A stretch of 64,000 bases of DNA from Syntrophorhabdaceae bacterium (GTDB lineage Bacteria > Desulfobacterota > Syntrophorhabdia > Syntrophorhabdales > Syntrophorhabdaceae), in NCBI GenBank assembly GCA_963665295.1, contig OY762209.1, forward strand, positions 5,280,001 to 5,344,000, in the 5' to 3' direction. A program made the translations under genes and the position numbers. How positions within the stretch are numbered: the stretch's first letter is position 1; each line of letters begins with the position of its first letter. The notes under the pieces were generated by a model, which saw nothing but the letters and a program-made list of their open reading frames with translations, had not been told where the DNA came from and did no database searches. This document shows positions 1 to 10,868 of the stretch, one piece after another.

Positions 1-715
1 CGGGACCGGAGGGCACGGCTCCATGCCCCGCCGGGACAATGCCAACCTCAAAGTGATCGAAGCGGCAAGGGCAATTTCCGCTTACCAGTGGCCCCTCAAG
101 GAAACATCCATCGTAAGGGCCTATATGAACGGGCTATTTAAAGGCATGAAAGGAAAGGGGTTCACCTACACCACCCTCAAGGAGGCCCTGAAGACCAAAG
201 GGTTCAGAGACTTCGCGGAGGAAAGCCCCATCTATAACGCCCTCCTTCGAAACACGACGGCCCTCACCATCCTCCTGGGCGGCGAAAAGGTGAACGTTAT
301 ACCGGCCGAGTCCAGCGCGTATTTCGACGCCCGACTGCTGCCGGGAGAGAGTTATGCGAAGTTTATGAAAAAGATAAAGTCCCTGGCGGGGAATAAGGTG
401 CAGGTCGTTCCCATCAGCGATGGAAGTGACGAACCCACGCCGTCGGGGTACAATACGGAGTATTTCAGGGCCATCACCAGGGCTATGAGAAGGGCGAAAG
501 CTCTCCCCGTTCTCCCCTTCATTACCACGGGAGCCACGGACCTCCGTTATTTCAGGGGGTTCGGCGCCATGGCCTACGGGTTCTTCCCTGTTAACCTTCC
601 CGCAGAGGAGCTTCTCAGAATGCACGGGGCCAACGAGCGCATAGCCCTTTCCAGTCTCGAAGAGGGTCTGGAAAGTATGAATTTGATCGTAAAGGAACTG
701 GCGGTCCTGGCCTGA
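1..715 (+). CDS. M20/M25/M40 family metallopeptidase (5'-truncated by window)
   Basis: Frame is open from the window start; contains GGHGSMP, KVNVIP, GATD and HGANE motifs typical of M20 peptidases. Confidence 0.85.
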   Translation, partial: GTGGHGSMPRRDNANLKVIEAARAISAYQWPLKETSIVRAYMNGLFKGMKGKGFTYTTLKEALKTKGFRDFAEESPIYNALLRNTTALTILLGGEKVNVIPAESSAYFDARLLPGESYAKFMKKIKSLAGNKVQVVPISDGSDEPTPSGYNTEYFRAITRAMRRAKALPVLPFITTGATDLRYFRGFGAMAYGFFPVNLPAEELLRMHGANERIALSSLEEGLESMNLIVKELAVLA

Positions 716-1074
716 AGGTAAATCCGCCGGCTGTCGGGCAGGGTTTCACAATTCTTTTTTCAGCGGTCATTTGCGGGTCTTTCCGCACCTGTGGAATACG
801 CAATCCCTTCATTCCCGCGGGTGTCCGTTCATTTTACAGTTTTGTATCCAAAAACAGGTTATGCGATTGTGCGCTGTCCGCACGTGAAATACGCTCAAAC
901 CTCTTGACAAGTTCTTCTTTTCAGGAGAAAATAAAAAGTGAATAAATTAACAAGCCGTTGTGGTGACATTTACCGGAAAACCGGGGGGCGATGCACCGCA
1001 CAACAAAATTAAAGCAAAGGAGGTGGGTTGTTGTTTCACATTAAAATCAAGGCGTTACGCCACATGGGGGTTTT

Positions 1075-2877
1075 ATGAAAGAAATAATGCAGGGCAACAG
1101 CGCGATTGCAAGAGGCGCCTGGGAAGCGGGAGTAAAGATCGCTGCTGCATATCCCGGGACACCAAGCAGTGAGATTTTGAAGGAAATAGCGGATAACTAC
1201 CCGGACATCTATGCCGAGTGGGCTCCGAACGAGAAAGTGGCGGTTGAAGTGGCAAGCGGCGGCGCAATAGCGGGTGCAAGGTCCATGGCGTCCATGAAGC
1301 ACGTGGGTATGAACGTTGCAGCAGACCCCTTTATGACCCTTGCGTACACGGGCGTCAAAGGCGGCTTCCTCATCATCGTCGCAGACGATCCCAACGTACA
1401 CAGCTCACAGAATGAGCAGGACAGCCGTAACTGGGCACGTTTCGGCAAAGTACCCATGCTCGAGCCCGGCGACGCACAGGAATGTAAAGACTTCACGAAG
1501 ATCGCCTTTGATATCAGCGAGCAGTTCGACACGCCCGTTTTCCTGAGGACCGAGACAAGAGTCGCCCACTCCGATTCTCCCGTAGAACTGGGAGACAGAG
1601 TGGAGTCTAAGATCCAGATGAACCTTGACCCGAAGGAAGCCCCGAAATACGTAATGGTACCGGCGAATGTGCGGGTAAGACGTAAATTTATCGAAGAGCG
1701 CATGAGAAAACTCGAAGCCTACGCTGATGAGTTCAAGGGCAACTTCATAGAAATCAACGATCCGAGCATAGGGGTCATCACGAGCGGCGTCTCCTATCTC
1801 TACACGAAAGACGTATTCCCGCAGTATTCATACCTGAAACTCGGGATGGTCTGGCCTCTTCCGAAGAAGATGATCGCCGACTTCTTCAAGAAAGTGAAGA
1901 AAGTCATCGTAGTGGAAGAACTCGATCCGTTCCTGGAAACAGAAATCAAGGCCATGGGTTACAAGCTGTTCCACGGAAAAGACGTGGTTCCCAATATGTA
2001 CGAACTCACCCCTGAGATCGTTGAGAAATCTCTCATGGGCAAAAAGTACAAAGAACCCAAAGTAAGGGTAAAACCGGAAGACCTTCCCCGGAGACCGCCG
2101 AATATGTGCGCCGGTTGTTCTCACCGTCCTCTTTTCTACGCCCTTAAGAAACTCGGCGCCTTTGTATTCGGCGACATCGGCTGCTACACCCTTGCTTCCG
2201 CACCTCCCCTTTCTGCTCTCCATACGACAGTCTGTATGGGCGGCGGCGTGGGCGAAGCGCACGGCGCGATGAAGGCCCTCGGCAAGGATTGGCTCGGCAA
2301 AGTCTGCGCCGTCCTCGGCGACTCCACTTTCCTCCATTCAGGGGTAACTCCTCTTATGGATGCGGTATACAACAAAGGTATGTCTACCACGATAGTCCTC
2401 GACAACAGGATCACAGGCATGACAGGCCATCAGGAACACCCGGGGACAGGTTTTACCGTCCGCGAGGAACCGACGAACATGATCGATTATGAGACCCTTG
2501 CCAAGGCGATCGGCGTGAAAAACATCCGCAATATCGATCCGTACAACATAAAGGAAAGTATGAAGGTCATAAAAGAGGAAATGGACAGGCCCGAAGCCTC
2601 CCTTATCCTCTGCAAGGACTCTCCATGCATGATGCTGAAGAGAGAGAAAAGAAAGTTTGCGGCCCCCTTCTACGTCGTAGACACGGACAAGTGCCGCGGC
2701 TGCAAGGTCTGTCTCGAAATCGGCTGCCCTGCCATAAGCTGGCAGGAAGGCGCGGGTACCACAGCGGACGGCCACAAGCGGAAAGGGACTGTTTATATCA
2801 ATAAAGACAACTGCGTTGGTTGCGAAGTATGCACGCAAGTGTGTAAATTCGAATCCATTCAGCCGGGCACGAAGTGA
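1075..2877 (+). CDS. iorA: Indolepyruvate:ferredoxin oxidoreductase alpha subunit
   Basis: YPGTPSSEI, NEKVA, MKHVG, SSQNEQD, CAGCSHR, GDIGC, GDSTF and two C-terminal CxxCxxxxCP/CxxCxxCxxxC ferredoxin motifs. Confidence 0.95.
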   Translation: MKEIMQGNSAIARGAWEAGVKIAAAYPGTPSSEILKEIADNYPDIYAEWAPNEKVAVEVASGGAIAGARSMASMKHVGMNVAADPFMTLAYTGVKGGFLIIVADDPNVHSSQNEQDSRNWARFGKVPMLEPGDAQECKDFTKIAFDISEQFDTPVFLRTETRVAHSDSPVELGDRVESKIQMNLDPKEAPKYVMVPANVRVRRKFIEERMRKLEAYADEFKGNFIEINDPSIGVITSGVSYLYTKDVFPQYSYLKLGMVWPLPKKMIADFFKKVKKVIVVEELDPFLETEIKAMGYKLFHGKDVVPNMYELTPEIVEKSLMGKKYKEPKVRVKPEDLPRRPPNMCAGCSHRPLFYALKKLGAFVFGDIGCYTLASAPPLSALHTTVCMGGGVGEAHGAMKALGKDWLGKVCAVLGDSTFLHSGVTPLMDAVYNKGMSTTIVLDNRITGMTGHQEHPGTGFTVREEPTNMIDYETLAKAIGVKNIRNIDPYNIKESMKVIKEEMDRPEASLILCKDSPCMMLKREKRKFAAPFYVVDTDKCRGCKVCLEIGCPAISWQEGAGTTADGHKRKGTVYINKDNCVGCEVCTQVCKFESIQPGTK

Positions 2878-2885
2878 GGTGGATG

Positions 2886-3479
2886 ATGACAGATAATAAT
2901 AAAGTAACCAATATATTTCTCTCCGGCGTAGGCGGCCAGGGTACGATTCTCGCCAGTAATATCCTCGCTGAGGTTTTTCTCAAGGCAGGGTACGATGTGA
3001 AAAAGAGTGAAGTCCACGGCATGGCCCAGAGAGGCGGGGATGTAACCACCCACTTCAGGTTCGGCAAGAAGGTATACTCGCCCCTCATCAAGTACGGCGA
3101 TGTCGACTTTCTCCTCTCCTTCGAGCTTCTGGAAGCCCTGAGATACATCAACTGGGTAAAGCCCGAAGGCAAGATCATCATCAACAGGCAGGAGATCTAT
3201 CCTCCCGGCGTAAACCTGGGAACAGCGAAGTATCCTGACGATGTGGAAAAGACATTCAAGAAGTTTTTTAAGGAAAACGTTACTGTCCTGAACGGACAGG
3301 AAATGGCGCGGAAGCTCGGGAACACCCAGGCTGCAAACGTCATTCTTGTAGGCGCCTTTTCGAACTTCTTCCCTGAAATCAAGGAAGAACAGTTCATCGA
3401 TGCCATCAAGACGCTTATGAAACCGAAGCTTCACGAACTGAACATAAAAGCATTTTATGAAGGAAGGGCGGCCCTCTAA
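2886..3479 (+). CDS. iorB: Indolepyruvate:ferredoxin oxidoreductase beta subunit
   Basis: GVGGQG and SEVHGMAQRGG motifs; directly follows iorA; start could be 2883 or 2886. Confidence 0.93.
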   Translation: MTDNNKVTNIFLSGVGGQGTILASNILAEVFLKAGYDVKKSEVHGMAQRGGDVTTHFRFGKKVYSPLIKYGDVDFLLSFELLEALRYINWVKPEGKIIINRQEIYPPGVNLGTAKYPDDVEKTFKKFFKENVTVLNGQEMARKLGNTQAANVILVGAFSNFFPEIKEEQFIDAIKTLMKPKLHELNIKAFYEGRAAL

Positions 3480-3498
3480 TAAAGAGCTTTTCATCCTT

Positions 3499-6015
3499 TT
3501 GAGAAAGACTTTTTTTCTGATTCTCCTTTTTTTGGGGGTGTGTACTGCGGGAAGGGCATACGGAATGAACCTGATCACCATAGATGACCGTTTGAGTTGT
3601 GTTTTCGAACAGCGAAAAGGGACCGGCGTGGTGGCGGTTCAGATTTGGGTGAAAGTCGGTAGCCGGGACGAATTGCCCCGGCAGGCGGGTATTACCCACT
3701 TCATCGAACACTTGATATTCAAAGGGACCGACAAGGTAAAGGCCAATGAGATGGCCTCCCGCATCGAGTCCCTGGGGGGAAGCATAAATGCTTTTACCTC
3801 CTATGATAATACCGTGTACCACATTGTGGTGCCGAAGCCGGCGTTTCAGGAGGGCCTTGAGCTTCTCGTGGATGCCGTCTTCAACCCTTCCTTCCCGGAG
3901 GCTGAAGTAGAAAAAGAGAACAAAGTCGTACTGGAAGAAATCAAGATGGGGGAAGACGACCCCCAGAGGAAATTGTTTAGAGACCTCTTCTCACTGGCCT
4001 ATGACGGTAAGCCTTACGGCAGACCGATCATAGGCTACGAGGAGACGGTTAAAGCCATCAAAAGAGAAGATATCCGTCAGTATTTCACCACTCACTATGA
4101 ACCGGAAAACATGGTTGTCGTAATAGTGGGTGATTTCGATGAAGGCAGAGCAAAAGCGTTCCTCCGGAAATCGCTCCGGATGAAAGGAGACCGCGTCGCG
4201 CCTCCCCGTGAAAAGGGCGGCGCCCTGGCCCGGACCGATCAGACGGAGCGCATTACCGAGAGGGAACTGAGAGAGAGCCGTCTCGCGTTTGCCTTCCCCA
4301 TTCCGCCAATCACCCACGAAGATATCCCCGCCCTGGACGTGCTGGGGACGATCCTGGGCGACGGCGAAAGCTCCAGACTTCAAGCGGAACTGAAGAACAA
4401 AAAGGGCATCGTGACCAACATCGGGACTGCCTTCTTTTCTCCCAAAGAGGAAGGTCTCCTCGTGGTCACCGCGCATTTCAAGGGGGCTGATTACCGCTCC
4501 ATCGTGAAGGCAGTGGAAGACCAACTGGCCAGGCTGCGAAAGACCGGACCCGGTGAGTGGGAACTGCTCAAGGCAAAAAACATCATAGAAGCTTCCTATA
4601 TATACGGCGCGGAAACCGCCCAGGGAAGGGCCCGGCAGATCGGTAATTTTCTCACCCTCACCGGCAACCCTGATTTCACCGAACAATATCTCAAGGCCAT
4701 CGACCGGGTAACCGCAGCCGATGTAAAGAGGGTCCTCGAAAAATACGTGTCGGGAAAAGAGAAGTGTCTGGCGGCGCTCCTGCCGAAGGGCTCCTCCAAC
4801 CCCCACACCTTCCGGCTTGAGAACGGTTTGACTTACACGGTGAACCGAAATACCGCGTCACCGAGCATCGCTTTCAGGATAGGCTTTGTGGGCGGTCTCA
4901 AAGAAGAACCCAAAGGGAAGAACGGGGTCTTCAACGTCCTCTCCAAGATGCTCTTGAGGGGCACGAAGGACAAGGACGCCCGGACCATTGCTAAGGAGAT
5001 CGACCTCCTCGCGGGGAGCGTGGCGCCCTACACGGGACGAAACGTGTTCGGCTTGGCAGGCAGCTTCCTGAGCAAGGATATGAAAGAGGCTTTCACCCTT
5101 CTCCGGGACCTCCTCGTTTCGTCGAGGTTCAAGGAAAAGGAACTGAAAACAGTCAAGGCGGAAGTCCTCTCCGAGATACGGCAAAAGGACGACGACCCCA
5201 TCTCCAACACCTTCAGACGGTTCAACGAAGCCATATATGGAGAACATCCCTACGGCAAAGACCCCAACGGCACGGAAAAGGACGTGGAAGCTCTGACTCT
5301 CAGCCAACTGAGGGAGTTCTACGAACAGTATGTGAGTCCTGAAAGTATGGTGCTCGCCGTATCGGGCGACGTAGACGAAAAGGAACTCAAGGATCTTGTC
5401 ACCTCTCTTTTCTCCGGATGGAAGGGCACACCGAACACCCTCAGGAAAGAGCCCGCTACGCTGCCGATAAAAAGGGACGTGAAGATCAGGAAGGATATGC
5501 AGCAGGCCCACCTCGTGTTCGGATTCTTCGGCCCCGGGCTTATCGACCAGGACCGCTACGAAGTTGAAGTGATGTCCGCCGTGCTCTCAGGGATGGGGGG
5601 CAGGATTCACAAGATACTGCGTGAAGACAAGCCCTATGCGTACGCCCTGACCTTCTTTAATCAGATGGCTTACGAAGTAGGAGCCATGGGTATCTACATC
5701 GGCACCGGCACGAACCTCACCAAGGAGGTGGAGACCATCGTGAGGGCCGAGATAGAGCGACTCAACCGCGAAGGCTTTACGGACAAGGAGGTGGCCGACG
5801 CCAAAAACTACCTGGTCGGCAACCACTATATAAGAAAGCAGAGCAACGGCTCCATGGCGACCGATATGTGCCTCGATACCATGTACGGGTTAAAAGCAGG
5901 CTATTTCAAAGAATGGCCCGCCCTTATAGGACGCGTCAAAAAAGAGGACGTAGACAAGGCGGTCCGGAAATATCTTTCCCTGGACAAAATGGTGCAAGTG
6001 ACCCTGTCACCCTGA
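3499..6015 (+). CDS. M16 (pitrilysin/insulinase) family zinc protease, two-module, probably secreted
   Basis: HFIEH (HxxEH) zinc motif and INAFTS; second, inactive M16 module; TTG start at 3499 gives a signal-peptide-like MRKTFFLILLFLGVCTAGRAYG. Confidence 0.88.
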   Translation: MRKTFFLILLFLGVCTAGRAYGMNLITIDDRLSCVFEQRKGTGVVAVQIWVKVGSRDELPRQAGITHFIEHLIFKGTDKVKANEMASRIESLGGSINAFTSYDNTVYHIVVPKPAFQEGLELLVDAVFNPSFPEAEVEKENKVVLEEIKMGEDDPQRKLFRDLFSLAYDGKPYGRPIIGYEETVKAIKREDIRQYFTTHYEPENMVVVIVGDFDEGRAKAFLRKSLRMKGDRVAPPREKGGALARTDQTERITERELRESRLAFAFPIPPITHEDIPALDVLGTILGDGESSRLQAELKNKKGIVTNIGTAFFSPKEEGLLVVTAHFKGADYRSIVKAVEDQLARLRKTGPGEWELLKAKNIIEASYIYGAETAQGRARQIGNFLTLTGNPDFTEQYLKAIDRVTAADVKRVLEKYVSGKEKCLAALLPKGSSNPHTFRLENGLTYTVNRNTASPSIAFRIGFVGGLKEEPKGKNGVFNVLSKMLLRGTKDKDARTIAKEIDLLAGSVAPYTGRNVFGLAGSFLSKDMKEAFTLLRDLLVSSRFKEKELKTVKAEVLSEIRQKDDDPISNTFRRFNEAIYGEHPYGKDPNGTEKDVEALTLSQLREFYEQYVSPESMVLAVSGDVDEKELKDLVTSLFSGWKGTPNTLRKEPATLPIKRDVKIRKDMQQAHLVFGFFGPGLIDQDRYEVEVMSAVLSGMGGRIHKILREDKPYAYALTFFNQMAYEVGAMGIYIGTGTNLTKEVETIVRAEIERLNREGFTDKEVADAKNYLVGNHYIRKQSNGSMATDMCLDTMYGLKAGYFKEWPALIGRVKKEDVDKAVRKYLSLDKMVQVTLSP

Positions 6016-6218
6016 ATCCTTCCGCGCCGTGGCCATCAAGGCTCGCGGCCCGCGAAAGCTCGCTTCCTACCTCGAACCCTCCATAGCACGTTCCGCCGTC
6101 CGCCATTACAGCTCCCATCTCCAGGCACTATGATCATTTTCGCGTGCAGACACAAATAAGACCCCCTTCGGTTCGCCCTGAGGGAGTCTTATTCACTTCA
6201 CGCGTTTCGTTGCCCTGT

Positions 6219-7325
6219 TCAGGCGGTAAAGAACTCCCTTACCGACGCCATTATGTAATCCTTTTCCACCTTTGTAAGCTCGGGGAATACGGGCAGAGCC
6301 AGACTTGTCATTGCTGCCTTCTCCGACACGGGCATGTCTCCCATCTTGTAGCCCAGGTACTGGAAACAATCCTGAACGTGCAGGGGCACGGGATAATAGA
6401 CGCCGGTAACGATGCCCTTTTCCTTGAGGAAGTTCTGGAGACGGTCCCTCTCCTCGACACGGATTACGTACTGGTGGAATATATGGGACGAATCATCCTC
6501 GATGGGAGGCAGGATGACCGGCAGGTCTTTCATCTTTTTGTTGTAGAACTTCGCGTTCTCCATCCTCTTCCGGTTCCATGATTCGAGGTGGGGAAACTTC
6601 GCCACAAGGGCGCACGCCTTGATCTCGTCGAGCCTGCTGTTGATCCCTATCATCTCATGATGATAGGCAACGCTGCCCATGCCGTGGACACGAAGCTTCT
6701 TCGCTCTTTCGCCGAGTTCCTTATTCTTTGAGAGCACCATGCCGCCCTCCCCTATTCCGCCCAGGTTCTTGGTGGGATAGAAGCTTATGCCTGCAATGTC
6801 TCCGAAGCTTCCCGACATCTTCCCGTCCTTCCTGGAACCAAGGGACTGGGCCATATCCTCCACCACGGGGATGCCGTGCTTCTCCGCTATCGCGCATATC
6901 CGATCCATCTTGCAGAGCTTCCCGAAAAGGTGGACCACCGTGATGGCCTTCGTCTTCTTCGTGATCGCCTTTTCGATGAGGTCCGGATTTATGTTCATAG
7001 TCTCCGGCTCTATATCGACGAAAACAGGTTTTGCGCCCAGGAGAGCGATGGAACTCGCCGTCGAAAAAAATGTGTAAGGCGTGGTGATCACCTCGTCGTC
7101 CCGCGTGATACCGAGAGCCATGAGGCAAAGGATGAGGGCGTCCGTGCCGTTCGCGCACGAGATCGCGGAAGGGACCCCCGCGTAATCGGCAATCGTGGTT
7201 TCCAGCAATCCACAATACTTGCCGAGTATTAATTTCTGCTCCGAAAGTATCTCGTTCAAACAGCCGGTAATCTCTTTTCTTACCTTCTTATACTGGGCCT
7301 TAAGGTTAATGGGTGGTATATTCAT
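6219..7325 (-). CDS. DegT/DnrJ/EryC1/StrS family PLP-dependent aminotransferase
   Basis: ANGTDAL, EDMAQS, SFYPTKNLG and NSRLDE motifs; AAGGA RBS before ATG at 7325. Confidence 0.93.
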   Translation of the reverse strand: MNIPPINLKAQYKKVRKEITGCLNEILSEQKLILGKYCGLLETTIADYAGVPSAISCANGTDALILCLMALGITRDDEVITTPYTFFSTASSIALLGAKPVFVDIEPETMNINPDLIEKAITKKTKAITVVHLFGKLCKMDRICAIAEKHGIPVVEDMAQSLGSRKDGKMSGSFGDIAGISFYPTKNLGGIGEGGMVLSKNKELGERAKKLRVHGMGSVAYHHEMIGINSRLDEIKACALVAKFPHLESWNRKRMENAKFYNKKMKDLPVILPPIEDDSSHIFHQYVIRVEERDRLQNFLKEKGIVTGVYYPVPLHVQDCFQYLGYKMGDMPVSEKAAMTSLALPVFPELTKVEKDYIMASVREFFTA

Positions 7326-7456
7326 GGCGATTTCCTTGGTTTTATTTGGTACCTGCCGTGAAAACGGACTCGCATTATATAACACATATGGTACAAGAAT
7401 TTCCACATTTAGAGCCGTCCGTTGCCCTCGATACCCCTTCGGGGCGCCGATTCCTG

Positions 7457-7485
7457 TTGACTTTGGCCGCGTTTTGCTTTAATGT
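7457..7485 (+). promoter_or_regulatory. Putative sigma70 promoter of the tRNA
   Basis: TTGACT-17 nt-TAATGT ending 10 nt upstream of the tRNA. Confidence 0.5.
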
Positions 7486-7495
7486 ATACACACAC

Positions 7496-7572
<77 letters not shown>

Positions 7573-7580
7573 ACGAAAGC

Positions 7581-7615
7581 AAGGGGTTAGCCATTACGGT
7601 TAGCCCCTTTTTCTT
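7581..7615 (+). terminator. Intrinsic terminator after tRNA
   Basis: AAGGGGTTAGCC-attac-GGTTAGCCCCTT stem (G-U pairs allowed) followed by a T-run. Confidence 0.65.
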
Positions 7616-8098
7616 GTCTTGTAGCGGGTTTTCCAACCATTTCTAACCGAACAGCATCAAATACAGCAAAGCAACAGGTAAATTGCACGGAAAATGATAT
7701 AGACGTTGTGTTTGATTGGCTAGGAATTGCATTTGAGTGGTGGAAGAATGCGACGTCCGTCTTCACGGGGATCGCGCAAAATCCATACTGTCTTGCAGGC
7801 CGATTTAGTACCTGTAGATTGTCAAATACATTTGACCCTTCTTTGTCGGATGAAGTGACCCCTACAGGCTCCGGACTTCTTTTGCAGTAATCCGAAATAA
7901 CAAGGATCACGGGCTCTCAAGGAAATCAGGAAAAGGATGGACCCTTCGTATCCACCTGCAAAAGGGGGTCAGAAGTATTTGACAATCTACACCCTCCGAA
8001 ACCGGCATGGCAAATTTTGTCTGACCAGGTTGCACAAAGGAACCGGAATCACTGCTGAGGTGACTGCCGACAACAACTGTTCTCTGTCGTGGCCCTGC

Positions 8099-10036
8099 CT
8101 ACGCCTTCTTTTTCCCCGCCTTCGCGGCGCTCATAGGCTGAAACCACTTGCTGTCGGCCCCTGCACCCTGACGGGCTATGTCTACGTCAATCAGGAATGG
8201 CGTTCCCGACCTTGTCGCCTCGATGCCCCGGCGTAATGCTGCCCTGAGGTCTGCCGGCCTCTCCACCCGTATCCCGTCGCAGCCCTGGGATTTTACGAGG
8301 CCGACGAAATCCACGAGGGGATGGTCCAGCACCGTTCCCAGGCACCGGTTGGCTGCTTTCATCCTCCCGTCGAAGGCTGCGAAGGCCTTATGCACGGTTT
8401 CGTAACAGTGGTTGTTCGAGACTATGGTCAGCACCGGAGTCTGGTAGCGGGCCATGCTCCAGAAGCCTGCGGAGGAGAACATGGTGGCCCCGTCGCCGAT
8501 ATCGAGCACCACCTGCCTGTCCGGAGCGGCGATCTTCGCACCGAGGGAGGCACCCACGCCCCAACCGAGACACAAGCCCCTGCTCGAAATCCACATTTTC
8601 TCTTTTTCCCGGTGGCCCACGGTAAAAAACTGCTGGGAGCTCTGGTGGTACTCGTGGACGAGGATACAATTCTTGTCGAGCTCCTCGTCCATTACCGCGG
8701 CGAGCTCGTCGGGGTGGATGGGTGTAAGACCCGTGTTCTCCCTCTTGAGCTTTGCCGCCTTGTTTCCGTAATCGGGCGCCTGGCCGATGCGGCCGGAGGC
8801 GATCTGCCTGATGCGGGATTCGGTTGCCACGGACTTGATCGTATCGATCAGAGCCCTGAGAAAGAGCTTCGTGTTGGCCACCGCGGCGATGGCGAAAGGG
8901 AAGACGCGGCCCATATAGTCTCCGCTCGTGGAGCAGCAGATCATGGGGGTATTCTCCGCGAGGCCGAAGCGATAGAAGCCCGGAAGGATGTGGATGAAGC
9001 CCAGGGCGAGGACGAGGTCTTTGCCTGCACCGGTATAGAGGCCTCCGTAAAGGGGATGCCTGTGCGGGAAATTCGCATATACGGAGCCCACGGGAAAAGT
9101 CGTTTCCAATGCGGGGTCATTATTGGGCGCGGAGGGAAGGGGATAGTCACAGGCCGGGATCGAGAGAAGCTCGGCCAGCTCGAGCGCTTCGGCGCATGCA
9201 TTATCCTTTGTCACCTGGTCCCCGAGCCACATAACCGGAGCTTTTGCGGAGAGGAGCGCAATCGCCGCCTCCTTGACCGTATCGGGGTCCGGGGCCATAT
9301 GGTTCGGGATGATGAAATTGTCCCTGTCGTAGATGGAGGCGGTTACATTCCTCCGGGTCTGGGCATCCTCGGAGATAGCGAGGTAGACCGGCCCTCCGGG
9401 CTCGGTGGCGGCGAGCTTGTAGGCACGCCGTACCTGCGTGGGGAGCGCCTTTGCGTCGCGGGTCTCCCATGAGATCTTCGTGAACTGCCGCGTCATCTCT
9501 TTCAGGCTCCAGCCGGGTCTGGCGGCGAGGACATATTCGTCGTTCTGCGATTCGTTCTCCCTCATACCGGAGAAGACGACCATGGGCGTCCCGTCGACGT
9601 GAGAGTTGTAGAGCTGCCCCAGGGTCTGGGCAGTGGCGGCCACATGGACGAGGACGAAACCGGGGTCGCGGGAGACTTTGGCATAGCCGTCGGCAGCGGA
9701 AATGACGATGCCCTCGTGCATGCAGAGGATGAGGTTCATCGGCTGATCGAGGAACCCGTCGAGGAGGCCGTATTCATAGGTACCGGGATTGGCGAAGAGA
9801 TATTTCACCCCCGCGGCCTTCATCTGCTCCACGGCGAGCTGCCCGCCCGTGCCCGTAAACTGCCGGGCCTTGAGAGGCGCAATGCCCTTTTCTACCGCTT
9901 GGGCGCCCTTGACCATCGATGATATTCCGGCGGCCGATACCCCTGCGACACCAAGCGCCTTCATAAAGCCGCGGCGTGAAATACGATGATCAAACAGCTG
10001 ATTCAGAAGCTCGTTGACCTTTCCACCGGTGTTCAT
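8099..10036 (-). CDS. Thiamine-pyrophosphate-binding enzyme (benzoylformate decarboxylase/acetolactate synthase-like) with Tat signal peptide
   Basis: NPGT, conserved HE glutamate, GDG...N TPP motif; N-terminal SRRGFMK plus hydrophobic stretch and AQA; RBS before 10036. Confidence 0.85.
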   Translation of the reverse strand: MNTGGKVNELLNQLFDHRISRRGFMKALGVAGVSAAGISSMVKGAQAVEKGIAPLKARQFTGTGGQLAVEQMKAAGVKYLFANPGTYEYGLLDGFLDQPMNLILCMHEGIVISAADGYAKVSRDPGFVLVHVAATAQTLGQLYNSHVDGTPMVVFSGMRENESQNDEYVLAARPGWSLKEMTRQFTKISWETRDAKALPTQVRRAYKLAATEPGGPVYLAISEDAQTRRNVTASIYDRDNFIIPNHMAPDPDTVKEAAIALLSAKAPVMWLGDQVTKDNACAEALELAELLSIPACDYPLPSAPNNDPALETTFPVGSVYANFPHRHPLYGGLYTGAGKDLVLALGFIHILPGFYRFGLAENTPMICCSTSGDYMGRVFPFAIAAVANTKLFLRALIDTIKSVATESRIRQIASGRIGQAPDYGNKAAKLKRENTGLTPIHPDELAAVMDEELDKNCILVHEYHQSSQQFFTVGHREKEKMWISSRGLCLGWGVGASLGAKIAAPDRQVVLDIGDGATMFSSAGFWSMARYQTPVLTIVSNNHCYETVHKAFAAFDGRMKAANRCLGTVLDHPLVDFVGLVKSQGCDGIRVERPADLRAALRRGIEATRSGTPFLIDVDIARQGAGADSKWFQPMSAAKAGKKKA

Positions 10037-10489
10037 GTTCCCTCTCCCCTCCAAAGTGCAGAATTTTGTGCAGATGTGCAATCCTTTCGGCTGCTATCAC
10101 TTGGGGCAGGGGGCGGAATATCCATCCATAGCGCCGCCGGCGGGGCCTTCAACGAATGGTACGGGACGTGCCCACTGCAACTCGCTGTATCGGGCGACAG
10201 GGTGCATGAGCATGTGCGCCCTTGTCCACGCTGCCTCTGGTGCACCTTTTATTGTCTCCCGCGAGCTGCATGGATGTCAAGAAAAATGGCTGCCCGGAAG
10301 TATTACGGGGAGCAGGGCGGTGCAGAAATGGCGAGCATCATAGAACGAGCCGCAAGGGGTTCACTTCGGGTCTGATGGAGACCGCAAGAAAGGAGGGGGT
10401 TCATCTGGTAGCCGTGGGCGATCTGGAGGAGCTGTAGATAACAGCCTGAACGCTGTTCGGGAAGAGGTGCTACCCGGCAAGGGGAGGAT

Positions 10490-10680
10490 TACTATGGTTC
10501 CCTCGTGAGCACTGGAGGAGGATCAGAATGAACAATCCCCTGACTGGATCATGAAGGTGATCAGGAGGCGCACCAGGGCGGTCGGATCATTCCCTGACGG
10601 CAATTCGGCGCTATGCGGTATGAACGTAAGCAGCGAACCACTTGAAGACGGGTCTATGCTGTGTGAAAGACCTTGACCGG
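10490..10680 (+). pseudogene. Degenerate 3' remnant of an IS256-family transposase
   Basis: Frameshifted pieces read YY.FPREHWRRIRMNNPL / IMKVIRRRTRAVGSFPDGNSAL, matching the IS256 C-terminal signature (HWRRIRTNNPLERI..EIRRRTRVVG.FPDG.SAL). Confidence 0.65.
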
Positions 10681-10868
10681 TTCGCACTAACAGAATTTTG
10701 ATGCAATTCCGTGAATTCGGACTTAAAATAGATAAATAATTAAGAGGACAATGGAGTCATCGAGTGGATACCGAAAGAAAAGAGGATGTTGAAAGTTGTC
10801 ATGATGGTCGATTACGTCCTCAGAGTCACCGGAAACCGCTGGAAAAATGACAACATGGGGGGGAGAAG

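Noticed and set aside
7573..8098. Integrative element at tRNA-fMet
   Set aside because: I found no integrase and no second copy of the tRNA 3' end in the window; the short ORFs here lack recognisable motifs.
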